Source: Chloroflexota bacterium (lineage in GTDB: Bacteria; Chloroflexota; UBA11872). Taken from it: a stretch of 64,000 bases of DNA. Of this stretch, positions 27,574-37,931 are shown in pieces. A program made the translations under genes and the position numbers. Positions within the stretch are counted from its first letter, which is position 1. Every line of letters starts with the position of its first letter. The notes under the pieces are model-generated. The model was given only the letters and a program-made list of their open reading frames with translations, was not told the origin of the DNA and made no database searches. The DNA lies in the NCBI GenBank assembly GCA_022821645.1, contig JAJEDE010000010.1:60124-124123 (forward strand), given 5' to 3'.

Positions 27574-28014
27574 CTACGTGCCTTCGTCGTCAGTTGGATC
27601 GATGACGACCAGTGGTTCCTCGCTGATCGCCCCACCCCGGAGCCAGAAGCAGCGCATCACGGGCCGGTCGGGATTCATAAGCGAGACGATGATGAAGCGG
27701 CTGTACTCGGAGTAGCCGGACTCAACGGCTTCACGAACGTCGGTGGGGGAAGGGTAAGCGCCGCTGCGCGGGTGGGAGTGATAGAAGGCGGAGATGTCCC
27801 AGCCATGCACGTCTTCGATGTCGCGGGTGGCGTTGAACATGTCGCGCGGATCGATGGTGTAGTGCACGCGGCTCTGGTCGGCGTTGCGGGCGGGGTAGAC
27901 CGCCAGCGCCGTTTCGTCCTGCCCGCCAATAAGGCCGCAGCATTCGAGCGGAGCCTCGGCGCGAGCCTGGGCCACGATTTGGTCGTGCTGCGCACGGGTC
28001 AGGTGGAAGGGCAT
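27574..28014 (-). CDS. JAMM/MPN+ (Mov34, Mec-like) metallopeptidase
   Basis: 146 aa. ECCGLIGG plus HSHPRSGAYPSPTD (H-x-H-x7-S-x2-D JAMM motif). Lies 16 nt upstream of larE on the same strand. Confidence 0.9.
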   Translation of the reverse strand: MPFHLTRAQHDQIVAQARAEAPLECCGLIGGQDETALAVYPARNADQSRVHYTIDPRDMFNATRDIEDVHGWDISAFYHSHPRSGAYPSPTDVREAVESGYSEYSRFIIVSLMNPDRPVMRCFWLRGGAISEEPLVVIDPTDDEGT

Positions 28015-28179
28015 GGCGCAAAGATAAGGGATTGCGGTAGACGCTGAGAGATGTTGGCCGCGTGTTTCGTCATTCGGCCAGCCTCGCTAGTATCAGCGCT
28101 CGCCGGTGTGGCGCGCGACAGAGCCGCCATGACCACTGTGACTACCGGCGCCCTGGGCGGGGAAGGATAACGATGTCCT

Positions 28180-29442
28180 GTGCCTCTTCGTCTCAAGGGT
28201 CTCTGGCGCCACCCCAACTTTCTGAAGCTGTGGGTCGGCGGAACGGTCTCAGCATTCGGCTCGCAAATCACCTTCCTGGCCCTGCCGCTCACGGCGGTGC
28301 TGGTGCTGGATGCCTCGCCGCTGCAGATGGGCATCCTGGCGGCTATCGGCGGCCTGCCGTCGCTCGCATTTGGGGTTGGTGTGGGCGTCTGGGTCGATCG
28401 GCTCAGGAAGCGCCGGGTGATGATCGTTGCCGACTACGGTCGCGCGCTGTTGTTGCTCTCCGTGCCAATCGCCGCCTGGTTCGAGCTTCTCACGATCGAA
28501 CACCTTTACGCCGTGGCCCTTGGAACCGGCACGCTGGGGATGTTCTTCGGCGTGGCCAATCGATCAATTCTCCCGTCGCTGGTGCCGCGGGAGAAGCTGG
28601 TGGAAGCCAACAGCAAGCTCGCGATCGGCACGTCGGCTTCGCAGGTTGCCGGCCCGGGCGTTGCGGGAGTCCTGATCCACGTCGTCACGGCGCCCGTTGC
28701 CCTGGTTGTCGACGCTGTGACCTTTGTGATCTCAGCGCTGGCGCTCCGTGGAATTCGCCTCGCGGAGGCTGAACCGGCAACGTCGGCGACCGGCGACAGC
28801 TTTCTGAAGCAGGCCCGCGAGGGGCTAGCCGTCGTCGGTCGGAATCGGATACTGCTCGCCATCGCCGTCACCATCGGCGGGATCGCCGTGTTCAACGCGA
28901 TGTTCGAAGCCGTGTGGCTGCTCTATGTCAACAAGCAGCTCAACGTCGAGCCGCTGGCCTTTGGCTTCCTGTTCGCAGTGAGCAGTGTCGGGTTCATGGT
29001 CGGGGCCTTCACCGCGGAACGGCTCATCCGCTGGTTGGGCGCCGGTCCAGCCATGATCGTTGCGGTGGTCATCGCGGCGCTGAGCGACCTGGTTACTCCA
29101 CTCGCCGGAGGGCCGATCGCAGCCGTGGTCGTGTTGCTTACCACCTCGATGTTCCTGTTCGGCATCGGCGCCACGGTTTACGGGGTCTGCCAGGGCAGCC
29201 TGCGGCAGGCGAGCACTCCGCTTCGGCTGCAGGGCCGCATGAACGGCATCATGAACACCCTGGAGATCGGGCTGGTCCCGCTCGGTGCACTTGTTGGTGG
29301 CGCTGTAGCTGAAGTCTTTGGCATGCGGCCAACGCTCTTTGTCGCCGGCGGGCTTGAATTGGCGGTTGCGGTCTGGCTGTTTCTATCGCCGATTCGGTCG
29401 CTACGCGAGCTACCGGAACCGGACGAATCGGGCGATGTGTAG
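28180..29442 (+). CDS. MFS transporter
   Basis: 420 aa and about 12 TM helices. The N-terminus LWRHPNFLKLWVGGTVSAFGSQ is typical of the enterobactin-exporter-like MFS_3 group. Confidence 0.85.
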   Translation: MPLRLKGLWRHPNFLKLWVGGTVSAFGSQITFLALPLTAVLVLDASPLQMGILAAIGGLPSLAFGVGVGVWVDRLRKRRVMIVADYGRALLLLSVPIAAWFELLTIEHLYAVALGTGTLGMFFGVANRSILPSLVPREKLVEANSKLAIGTSASQVAGPGVAGVLIHVVTAPVALVVDAVTFVISALALRGIRLAEAEPATSATGDSFLKQAREGLAVVGRNRILLAIAVTIGGIAVFNAMFEAVWLLYVNKQLNVEPLAFGFLFAVSSVGFMVGAFTAERLIRWLGAGPAMIVAVVIAALSDLVTPLAGGPIAAVVVLLTTSMFLFGIGATVYGVCQGSLRQASTPLRLQGRMNGIMNTLEIGLVPLGALVGGAVAEVFGMRPTLFVAGGLELAVAVWLFLSPIRSLRELPEPDESGDV

Positions 29443-29488
29443 CGCCGGATACGCGTCGGCGCAATACCGCGGGAAACAGCGGAATCTC

Positions 29489-29518
29489 TTGACGCTCGTT
29501 TTGGCCGATCTCTACAAT
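29489..29518 (+). promoter_or_regulatory. candidate sigma-70-type promoter for groEL (TTGACG-18 nt-TACAAT)
   Basis: Hexamers read directly at 29489-29494 and 29513-29518, about 150 nt upstream of the groEL ATG. Confidence 0.35.
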
Positions 29519-29665
29519 GAACTGCTAACGCGATTGATTCGATCCGCGTCAGCGCACGTGCCGGAGAACTTGGTGCGTGGTGCCTGAGTGGCGGACCAGA
29601 AACGACCCCTACACGAAGACCGAAGCATCCTGCTGGCGGTCAGCCGGGTCGAAAGGGACGACAGT

Positions 29666-31291
<1,626 letters not shown>

Positions 31292-31301
31292 GTCCACAAC
31301 T

Positions 31302-31341
31302 GGGAACGCTCAACCGCCCCGCCGGCTTGCGCCGGCGGGGC
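31302..31341 (+). terminator. intrinsic terminator of groEL
   Basis: A perfect 15-bp stem AACCGCCCCGCCGGC / GCCGGCGGGGCGGTT with a TTGC loop, followed by TGCATTT. Confidence 0.75.
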
Positions 31342-31550
31342 GGTTTGCATTTGAACGAGAACTGGCGTGACCGCTTCGCGCCGCCTTTGATCGGGCCGAG
31401 TCATTACCCCGACACCCGCCCGGCGCTCGACGAGTCCTCGCGTCATCCAGTCTCTACTGTGGCACGTAGGCCGCTGTCACGTTCGACAAGCAAGCGACAA
31501 CGTCCGGCCGTTGCGCCACCGGTGGACGTGAGCTCAAATATTTGACTTCA

Positions 31551-31568
31551 CTAAAAACATTCTTTTAG
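31551..31568. promoter_or_regulatory. AT-rich palindrome CTAAAA-N6-TTTTAG, a possible metalloregulator operator overlapping a TTGACT -35 box
   Basis: Read directly. It is followed by TTAGGTACC, which resembles a DtxR/MntR half-site. It lies about 85 nt upstream of the metal ABC operon. Confidence 0.3.
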
Positions 31569-31649
31569 GTACCATAAACAGGCCGGCAGGCCGCATGAGG
31601 TGCGGGCCTGCCGGCCCTCATCAGCAGGTACGCAGCGAAAGGCAGATCG

Positions 31650-32633
31650 ATGCGCAAGCTGCGAGTGCTTGCCGTCGCCGCCGTAGTGGCCGTCAACGCC
31701 GCCGTCTTTTCCGCGTGTGAAGTCACGTCTGACCAAGCGGATACGAATACCGGCCCCCGCTTGGCACCGGTTACCCGCCAGGGCGGAAGACCGTTACGAG
31801 TCGTCGCGACAACCAGTCAGATTTTCGACGCGGTTCGGCGCGTAGGCGGAAACCGTGTTGAAGTCCATGGCCTCATGGGACCTGGCGTGGACCCACACTT
31901 GTACCGAGCCAGCGAAGGCGACATTACCCGGCTCGAAGCGGCGGACGCCGTGTTCTGGAACGGACTTCACCTGGAAGCCGGGATCTCAGGAGTCCTCGAA
32001 CGGATCACCGTACTCGGGGTCCATTCAATCCGGGTGACTGACGACATTGACCGCCAACTCCTGCTGGCGCCACCGGAATTCGATGGTGCCTTCGACCCGC
32101 ACTTTTGGTTCGACCTGGATCTCTGGTCCATTGCGGTCGCGACCATTCGCGACGCCCTCATCGCAATGGATCCTGAAGGCGCGGAGTCATACCGGGCCAA
32201 TGCCGATTCCTTCATTACTCAGGTCAAAGAACTTGACTCTTATGTCAAGTCGCGAGCTATGGAGATCGACGTGCGGGTGCGGGTCTTGGTGACCGCCCAT
32301 GACGCATTCAACTACTTCGCGAACCGTTACGGCATTGAAGTGCGCGGCCTACAGGGCATCAGTACCGAAGGCGAGGCCAGCACCGCTGACGTGCAACAGC
32401 TCGCGCAGTTCATCAGCGAACGTGGCATCCCTGCGGTCTTTATCGAATCGTCGGTCCCCGATCAAGGTGTCCAGGCCGTGATCGAAGCTGCGGCCGCTCG
32501 TGGGCATACCGTAACTATTGGCGGCGAAATCTTCTCTGACGCCATGGGCGCACAAGGTACCGAGGAAGGCACCTACCTGGGCATGATTCGCCATAACATC
32601 GACACGATAGTGGAAGCATTGGCGCGGTCATGA
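31650..32633 (+). CDS. metal (Mn/Zn/Fe) ABC transporter substrate-binding protein, cluster A-I (TroA/ZnuA/MntC type)
   Basis: Signal peptide with a Cys (AAVFSAC). DPHLY, DPHFWFD and TAHDAFNYF motifs of the TroA family. Confidence 0.9.
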   Translation: MRKLRVLAVAAVVAVNAAVFSACEVTSDQADTNTGPRLAPVTRQGGRPLRVVATTSQIFDAVRRVGGNRVEVHGLMGPGVDPHLYRASEGDITRLEAADAVFWNGLHLEAGISGVLERITVLGVHSIRVTDDIDRQLLLAPPEFDGAFDPHFWFDLDLWSIAVATIRDALIAMDPEGAESYRANADSFITQVKELDSYVKSRAMEIDVRVRVLVTAHDAFNYFANRYGIEVRGLQGISTEGEASTADVQQLAQFISERGIPAVFIESSVPDQGVQAVIEAAAARGHTVTIGGEIFSDAMGAQGTEEGTYLGMIRHNIDTIVEALARS

Positions 32634-33415
32634 GAACCAGCCTCCGTACGGGCCGCGCGTTTGCCATCCAGGCCACGGACGTGACGTTGGCCTATCAGCA
32701 GCAGCCGGTCCTCTGGGATGTCGACCTGGAAGTTCCCCAGGGCGTGCTGATGGCGATTGTCGGTCCAAACGGTGCCGGCAAGACCACCCTGCTGCGAACG
32801 GTGCTGGGCCTCTTGCAGCCCGCCGCTGGCGAAGTGTTGGTCTTCGGAAAGCCCTATGCCGATCAACGGCAGCGCCTAGCCTATGTTCCCCAGCGTGGCA
32901 GCGTCGATTGGGACTTCCCAACCACGGCGCTCGACATCGTCACCATGGGAACGTACGGCGGTTTGGGCTGGATGCGTCGCCCGGGCGCGTCCGAGCGCGC
33001 TCGAGCCGCCGCCGCGCTGGCTCAGGTCGGCATGGAGTCCTATGCCGACCGCCAAATCAGCCAGCTCTCTGGTGGCCAGCAGCAGCGGGTTTTTCTGGCG
33101 CGGGCGCTTGTGCAGAACGCCGACGTCTACCTGATGGACGAGCCGTTTCAGGGAGTCGATGCCACCACCGAACGCGCAATTGTTGAGTTGCTGCGAGCGC
33201 TGCGGGCCGACGGCAAGACTGTAGTAGCGGTACACCACGACCTCCAGACGGTACCCGAGTACTTCGACGAGGTGACCCTTCTAAACGTTCGACGCATCGC
33301 CGGTGGACCAGTAAATCGAGTGTTCACGGAGGAGAACCTGCGCCTTACGTACGGCGGACGCGTGGCCAGCATCGGCGGGCGCACCCTGGGTAACGAACTC
33401 GAGGCAACCTTGTGA
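32630..33415 (+). CDS. metal ABC transporter ATP-binding protein
   Basis: Walker [10 protein letters not shown], signature LSGGQQQR, Walker B YLMDEP. Overlaps the SBP gene by 4 nt. Confidence 0.95.
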   Translation: MRTSLRTGRAFAIQATDVTLAYQQQPVLWDVDLEVPQGVLMAIVGPNGAGKTTLLRTVLGLLQPAAGEVLVFGKPYADQRQRLAYVPQRGSVDWDFPTTALDIVTMGTYGGLGWMRRPGASERARAAAALAQVGMESYADRQISQLSGGQQQRVFLARALVQNADVYLMDEPFQGVDATTERAIVELLRALRADGKTVVAVHHDLQTVPEYFDEVTLLNVRRIAGGPVNRVFTEENLRLTYGGRVASIGGRTLGNELEATL

Positions 33416-33451
33416 TTCGCACCCGTAGTCCCGAATAGGAACGAAGCGCGG

Positions 33452-34585
33452 GTGGACGTCCTGGGCGGCCTCTTCCTGGACCATACGCTGCGTACAGTTG
33501 CGCTTGGCTCGGCCACGCTGGGAATCGTCAGCGGTGCCCTTGGAGCCTTCGCCGTGCTCCGCCGACAAGCCCTCCTGGGCGATGCCATGTCCCACGCGGC
33601 GCTGCCCGGGGTTGCCCTGGCATTTCTGATCACCGGCAGCCGCACGCCGCTGGTGCTGATGATCGGCGCGGCCATTGCGGGTTGGCTGGCAGCCGTGGCC
33701 ATTGTCAGCGTCGTTCGCGCGTCCCGCATCAAGACCGACACCGCCATGGCCCTGACACTCAGCGTCTTCTTCGGTGCCGGGCTCGTTGTGTTGACCTTCA
33801 TCCAGCGCCAGCCCGCCGCCGGCAAGGCCGGGCTGGACAGGTTTCTCTTCGGACAAGCGGCTGCAATGTTGGAGAGCGATGTCATGACGATGGCGGCCGT
33901 GGGCGCTCTCGGACTCGTCGGCTTAGTGGCGCTCTGGAAGGAGTTCAAACTACTGAGCTTCGACCCCGACTTTGCGGCAACCCTCGGCATGCCCACGCGC
34001 AGGCTGGACATTCTCCTGACCAGCCTCCTCGTGATCGCCATCGTTGTCGGACTCAAGACGGTCGGTGTGGTTTTGATGAGCGCCATGGTGGTGGCGCCCG
34101 GTGCGGCCGCCCGGCAGTGGACCAATCGCCTGGGTGTCATGGTCACCCTCTCGGCGCTCTTTGGAGCTGCCGCAGGTGTGCTGGGGGCACTGCTGAGCAC
34201 CACGGCAGAGACGTCCACAGGCCCCACCATCGTGCTGGTCGCCACCGGGTTGGTGGCCGTGTCGCTCCTATTCGCACCCGCCCGAGGCTTGGTGTGGGCA
34301 CGCATGCGCGCCTGGCGTAGCCGTCGAATGCTGGCCTTGGAAGCTGTCATGGCCGATTTGGCGTCTCTGGCGGCGCAGCACGGATCCAACGCGACGCATC
34401 CACATGACATCGGTGCCCTGAACGCGGTTCGCGGCCGCGCCGTGGTCGAACGCGCCTTGATTGAACTGGCTGCGGACGGGTTGGCACGGCAGCACGACAC
34501 TGGCGGCTGGTCGCTGACGCCCCGCGGCCTGGCCGAAGCCGACCGGTTGGCCCGGCTGCGGCGCGCGCCGTCTGACCATCTATGA
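33452..34585 (+). CDS. metal ABC transporter permease (ABC-3 family) with a roughly 85-aa C-terminal winged-helix-like extension
   Basis: 377 aa. An ABC-3 membrane core is followed by a soluble tail ...VERALIELAADGLARQHDTGGWSLTPRGLAEADRL. Confidence 0.85.
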   Translation: MDVLGGLFLDHTLRTVALGSATLGIVSGALGAFAVLRRQALLGDAMSHAALPGVALAFLITGSRTPLVLMIGAAIAGWLAAVAIVSVVRASRIKTDTAMALTLSVFFGAGLVVLTFIQRQPAAGKAGLDRFLFGQAAAMLESDVMTMAAVGALGLVGLVALWKEFKLLSFDPDFAATLGMPTRRLDILLTSLLVIAIVVGLKTVGVVLMSAMVVAPGAAARQWTNRLGVMVTLSALFGAAAGVLGALLSTTAETSTGPTIVLVATGLVAVSLLFAPARGLVWARMRAWRSRRMLALEAVMADLASLAAQHGSNATHPHDIGALNAVRGRAVVERALIELAADGLARQHDTGGWSLTPRGLAEADRLARLRRAPSDHL

Positions 34586-35691
34586 CCTCGGCCCAGATCG
34601 ACGTCCTGCTCGTGGCCGTTGTCGTTGCCGCCGCCTGCGCGATTCCCGGCACATTCCTGGTGCTGCGCCGGATGGCCATGATGAGCGACGCCATCAGCCA
34701 CACCGTGCTGCTGGGCATCGTGCTGGCCTTCTTTGTCGTCGCCGACCTCAACTCGCCCATCCTCATCCTCGGTGCCGCCCTGGTCGGACTGCTGACGGTC
34801 GTACTCGTCGAGGCGCTGAGCCGAACCGGCCTGGTTCGCGAAGACACCGCCATCGGCCTCGTCTTCCCGGCCCTGTTCTCCATCGCCGTGATCCTGATCT
34901 CCAGCCTCGCCGGCAACGTCCACCTGGACAGCGACGCGGTCTTGCTGGGCGAGATCGCCTTCGCCCCCTTCAACCGCTTCGCGCCCTTCGGCGTCGACCT
35001 GGGACCGATCGCGCTTTGGGTCATGGGCGCCATCCTGCTGGTCAACCTTGCCGGCACGGCCCTCTTCTTCAAGGAACTCAAGCTGGCCACCTTCGACCCC
35101 GCCCTGGCCGCCGCGCTCGGCTTCTCGCCGGCCCTCGTCCACTACGGCCTCATGGCCGTCGTATCGGTCACCGCCGTCGGCGCCTTCGACGCCGTCGGAT
35201 CGATCCTCGTCGTCGCGCTCATGATCGGCCCACCCGCCGCCGCCTACCTGCTCACGGACCGGCTGCCCCGCATGCTCGGACTCAGCGTCGTAATCGGCGC
35301 CGCCTCGGCCGTCGGCGGCTACTGGCTCGCCCGCCTGCTGGACGCCAATATCGCCGGGTCCATGGCCACCTTGGTCGGCATCGCCTTCATCCTGGTCCTG
35401 CTACTCGCTCCCCAGCGCGGCCTGGTCGCAACCGCGCGACGCCACCGCCGCCAGCGCTGGACCTTCGCCCGCCAGATGCTGCTCATCCACCTCGCAACCC
35501 ACGAGGGCACGCCCACAGAGGCCGACGAAAGCCACCCCGACCACATGCAGCGCCACATGCGCTGGCCACCCGACTTTTCCGACCGCGTAATCCAAACCGC
35601 CACCGATCACGGCCTCATCGTCCTCAAAAACAACCAACTCCACCTCACCCCCCAGGGCCGCCAGGCCGCCCGCCAAGCCGCCCTTCGCTAG
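34582..35691 (+). CDS. metal ABC transporter permease (ABC-3 family) with a roughly 85-aa C-terminal winged-helix-like extension
   Basis: 369 aa. An ABC-3 core is followed by the tail ...VIQTATDHGLIVLKNNQLHLTPQGRQAARQA. Overlaps the previous gene by 4 nt. Confidence 0.85.
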   Translation: MTSAQIDVLLVAVVVAAACAIPGTFLVLRRMAMMSDAISHTVLLGIVLAFFVVADLNSPILILGAALVGLLTVVLVEALSRTGLVREDTAIGLVFPALFSIAVILISSLAGNVHLDSDAVLLGEIAFAPFNRFAPFGVDLGPIALWVMGAILLVNLAGTALFFKELKLATFDPALAAALGFSPALVHYGLMAVVSVTAVGAFDAVGSILVVALMIGPPAAAYLLTDRLPRMLGLSVVIGAASAVGGYWLARLLDANIAGSMATLVGIAFILVLLLAPQRGLVATARRHRRQRWTFARQMLLIHLATHEGTPTEADESHPDHMQRHMRWPPDFSDRVIQTATDHGLIVLKNNQLHLTPQGRQAARQAALR

Positions 35692-35737
35692 GACGTCCGC
35701 GCCGGCAGCCGCGATTGGGCCGAGGGTTCAGCCCGCC

Positions 35738-36412
35738 CTATGCATCCCTGATGAACACGCTGTCGCTGACCGTCTGACTGAGCGCCACCTCATCAGCCCC
35801 AATCCGCACCACCAGTGGCCCGTCAAAGGGCAGCCGCCGCACCACGCGGGCCTGCGTGCCCGGCACGAGCCGTATTTCCGTCAGGTACTCCAGCACGGCC
35901 CGGTCGCGGTCTCGCACCCGCGCCACCACGAAATCCGTGCCATCCGCGACCCCCGTCAACTGGCGTGCGTCATCAGCTTGCAGCGCGTCCAGCGCCTCAT
36001 TGGGAATCGAGTCCCCGTGCGGATCGGTCGTTGGATCGGAAACCTTGGCCGCGATTCGCCGCTCCATTTCCTCGGAAATCACGTGCTCCAGCCGGTCGGC
36101 CTCCTCGTGCACGTCGTTCCAGTCGTAGTCCAGGAACTCCACCAGGAACCGCTCGATCAGCCGGTGATGCCGAACCATCTCCAGCGCATGGCGCTCGCCT
36201 TCCTCGGTCAGTTGCGCGCCCTGGTAGCGCCGGTAGTCGACCAGCCCCTTCTGCTGCAGGCGCTGCAACGCCACCGTCACGGCGCCCTGGGTTATCTCCA
36301 GCTGATTCGCAAGTTCCCCGGTCCCCACGCGTCGCTCGTGTCCACCCGCGTCGTATAGCGCGCGTAGATAGTCCTGATCGCTGGCCGAAATTCGTGGCTC
36401 TGGCATCGGCAT
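35738..36412 (-). CDS. DtxR/MntR-family metal-dependent transcriptional regulator with a C-terminal FeoA/SH3-like domain
   Basis: 224 aa. DYLRALYD..., HTH GELANQLEITQGAVTVALQRLQQKGLV, and metal-site region HHRLIERFL...HEEADRLEH. Confidence 0.9.
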   Translation of the reverse strand: MPMPEPRISASDQDYLRALYDAGGHERRVGTGELANQLEITQGAVTVALQRLQQKGLVDYRRYQGAQLTEEGERHALEMVRHHRLIERFLVEFLDYDWNDVHEEADRLEHVISEEMERRIAAKVSDPTTDPHGDSIPNEALDALQADDARQLTGVADGTDFVVARVRDRDRAVLEYLTEIRLVPGTQARVVRRLPFDGPLVVRIGADEVALSQTVSDSVFIRDA

Positions 36413-36431
36413 TTGAATATAGCGAGGGCCG

Positions 36432-36446
36432 CAACCTAACAGGTTG
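36432..36446. promoter_or_regulatory. candidate DtxR-family operator (CAACCT-AAC-AGGTTG)
   Basis: A 6-bp inverted repeat containing AACCTAA/AGGTT, elements of the DtxR/IdeR box. It lies in the 65-nt divergent region between the regulator and the Tat-lipoprotein gene. Confidence 0.3.
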
Positions 36447-36477
36447 GCGAGGCTCTCAGACTGGCTAGACTGCCAAT

Positions 36478-37452
36478 GTGGACAGTCTCACCCCCTCTGG
36501 TCGGTCCCAAGGGCGACGCGCCCGCGCGCTTCCAAGGCGAACGCTGCTCGGGGCGCTGGCTATAGGGACCCCGGCGTTGGCCGGTTTCCTCTCGGCTTGC
36601 GGCGAGCCGCCGATCAACCCCCAGATCAGCGTCCTCCTGGCCGTCAACGAAATGCTGCCCGGCCCCCACCGCTTTCCCTTCGTCCTGGTGAACGGCGATG
36701 GCGCCGCCGTCACCGGTGCGAACATTGATGTGCGTTTCGTGCGCCTGATCGGGGAACGCGACGAGTTCCGCTTCGAAGCGCCAGCCCGGGAACTCATCGC
36801 CGGCGCCAACTACGACCACGTACACGAAGACGGCACCGTCCATGTTCACGACGCGTCCCGCTCGTACTACCTCGTCTCCGACCTCACCTTCGAAGAAGGC
36901 CTGTGGCGCGCCGACCTGGTCGTCCAACCGGTCTCCGGCACGGCCTACGCGGCCTCCACCGCCTTCCAGGTCGGCCAGCGCACCTCGGCCCCTCAGGTTG
37001 GTGACACGGCGCCAGCCTTCGCCAACCCCACGAGTTACGACGTACCGGACCTTCAGACCCTGACCACCGCCGACCCGCCCCTCCCGGCCCTCTATGCCCA
37101 CTCAATCGTCGAGGCCCTGTCCCGCGCCGAGCCGTTCGTCGTGGCCTTCAGCACCCCCGGCTACTGCACCTCGGCGATGTGCGGGCCGGTCACGGCGGTC
37201 GTCGGCAGCCTTTCTCAGGACTTTGGCGACCGCGTGCGCTTCATCCATCTGGAACCGTTTGATCTGAACGTCGCCCGTACCGAGGGCCGACTCGTGTGGG
37301 CCGACGCCGCGCACGAGTGGAACCTCGAAACCGAACCCTGGGTCTTCGTGATCGACGCATCCGGCCGCGTGGCCGCGCGCTTCGAAGGCCTGGTCGGCGC
37401 CGCCGAACTCCAACCCGCCATCGCCGCCGTGGCCGGCTCGCCTCTGCGCTAA
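36478..37452 (+). CDS. Tat-exported lipoprotein with an N-terminal Ig-like (YtkA/FixH-like) domain and a C-terminal thioredoxin-like domain (C-x4-C)
   Basis: GTG start. Twin-arginine RRTLLGALAIG plus lipobox FLSAC. VVAFSTPGYCTSAMCGPV is a redoxin-like motif. Confidence 0.7.
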   Translation: MDSLTPSGRSQGRRARALPRRTLLGALAIGTPALAGFLSACGEPPINPQISVLLAVNEMLPGPHRFPFVLVNGDGAAVTGANIDVRFVRLIGERDEFRFEAPARELIAGANYDHVHEDGTVHVHDASRSYYLVSDLTFEEGLWRADLVVQPVSGTAYAASTAFQVGQRTSAPQVGDTAPAFANPTSYDVPDLQTLTTADPPLPALYAHSIVEALSRAEPFVVAFSTPGYCTSAMCGPVTAVVGSLSQDFGDRVRFIHLEPFDLNVARTEGRLVWADAAHEWNLETEPWVFVIDASGRVAARFEGLVGAAELQPAIAAVAGSPLR

Positions 37453-37931
37453 TGGGTCGCCTCGTGCGCTTTCTGCCGGCACTGATCCTGCTGGCGGCCA
37501 CGGCAACGCCAGCCCTGGCCCACGGCGGCGACCTCGTCTACACCGGCGCCACCGGCCCCTACCAGGTCCGCGCCTTCGCCAACTGGGCCGAGGGCTGGCT
37601 CGACTATTCCGTCGACCTCCGCAACGTCTCCACCGGTGCGCGCATCCCCGGTGCCGAAGTCAAGGTGACCGTGTTCGAGAACGGCGTCGAAATCGCCCAA
37701 TACACCGCCTTCGAGTCCGGCGCTGTCTACGAATTCGTCGAGCCAAGCCCCGAGGAAGTCCACTGGAACCTCGTACTGGACATCTCCAGTCCCCTCGGCC
37801 CCGCCAAGCTCACCCACGCCTTGGACGTGGTGCCCACCAACTGGGTGGTGCCCAGCGTCCTGGTCATCGGCGGCTTCTTCGCCGCCGTCGCCGCCCACAC
37901 CTGGACCGCCCGCCGCCGCGCCCGCGCCTAG
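37452..37931 (+). CDS. secreted Ig-like (YtkA/FixH-like) protein with a C-terminal TM anchor
   Basis: The internal ATG at 37452 overlaps the upstream TAA (TAATG). Signal peptide MGRLVRFLPALILLAATATPALAHGG, and C-terminal anchor VPSVLVIGGFFAAVAAHTW followed by RRRARA. Confidence 0.6.
   Translation: MGRLVRFLPALILLAATATPALAHGGDLVYTGATGPYQVRAFANWAEGWLDYSVDLRNVSTGARIPGAEVKVTVFENGVEIAQYTAFESGAVYEFVEPSPEEVHWNLVLDISSPLGPAKLTHALDVVPTNWVVPSVLVIGGFFAAVAAHTWTARRRARA

Noticed and set aside
28015-28180. Search for a ThiS/MoaD/CysO-like beta-grasp ORF next to the JAMM-LarE pair
   Set aside because: No ORF ending in Gly-Gly with a suitable size (60-100 aa) and composition exists within about 1 kb. The 111-aa minus-strand ORF at 27999-28334 is Pro/Arg/Ser-rich and overlaps the MFS gene start.
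29560-29600. Possible CIRCE (HrcA) element upstream of groEL
   Set aside because: The best candidate, TTGGTGCGT-N7-GAGTGGCGG, matches only about half of TTAGCACTC-N9-GAGTGCTAA and has the wrong spacing.
33148-35142. 664-aa minus-strand ORF antisense to the two ABC permease genes
   Set aside because: Its composition is Arg/Ala/Gly/Pro low-complexity, typical of antisense frames in high-GC DNA. The plus-strand genes have clear ABC-3 permease features and 4-nt coupling overlaps.
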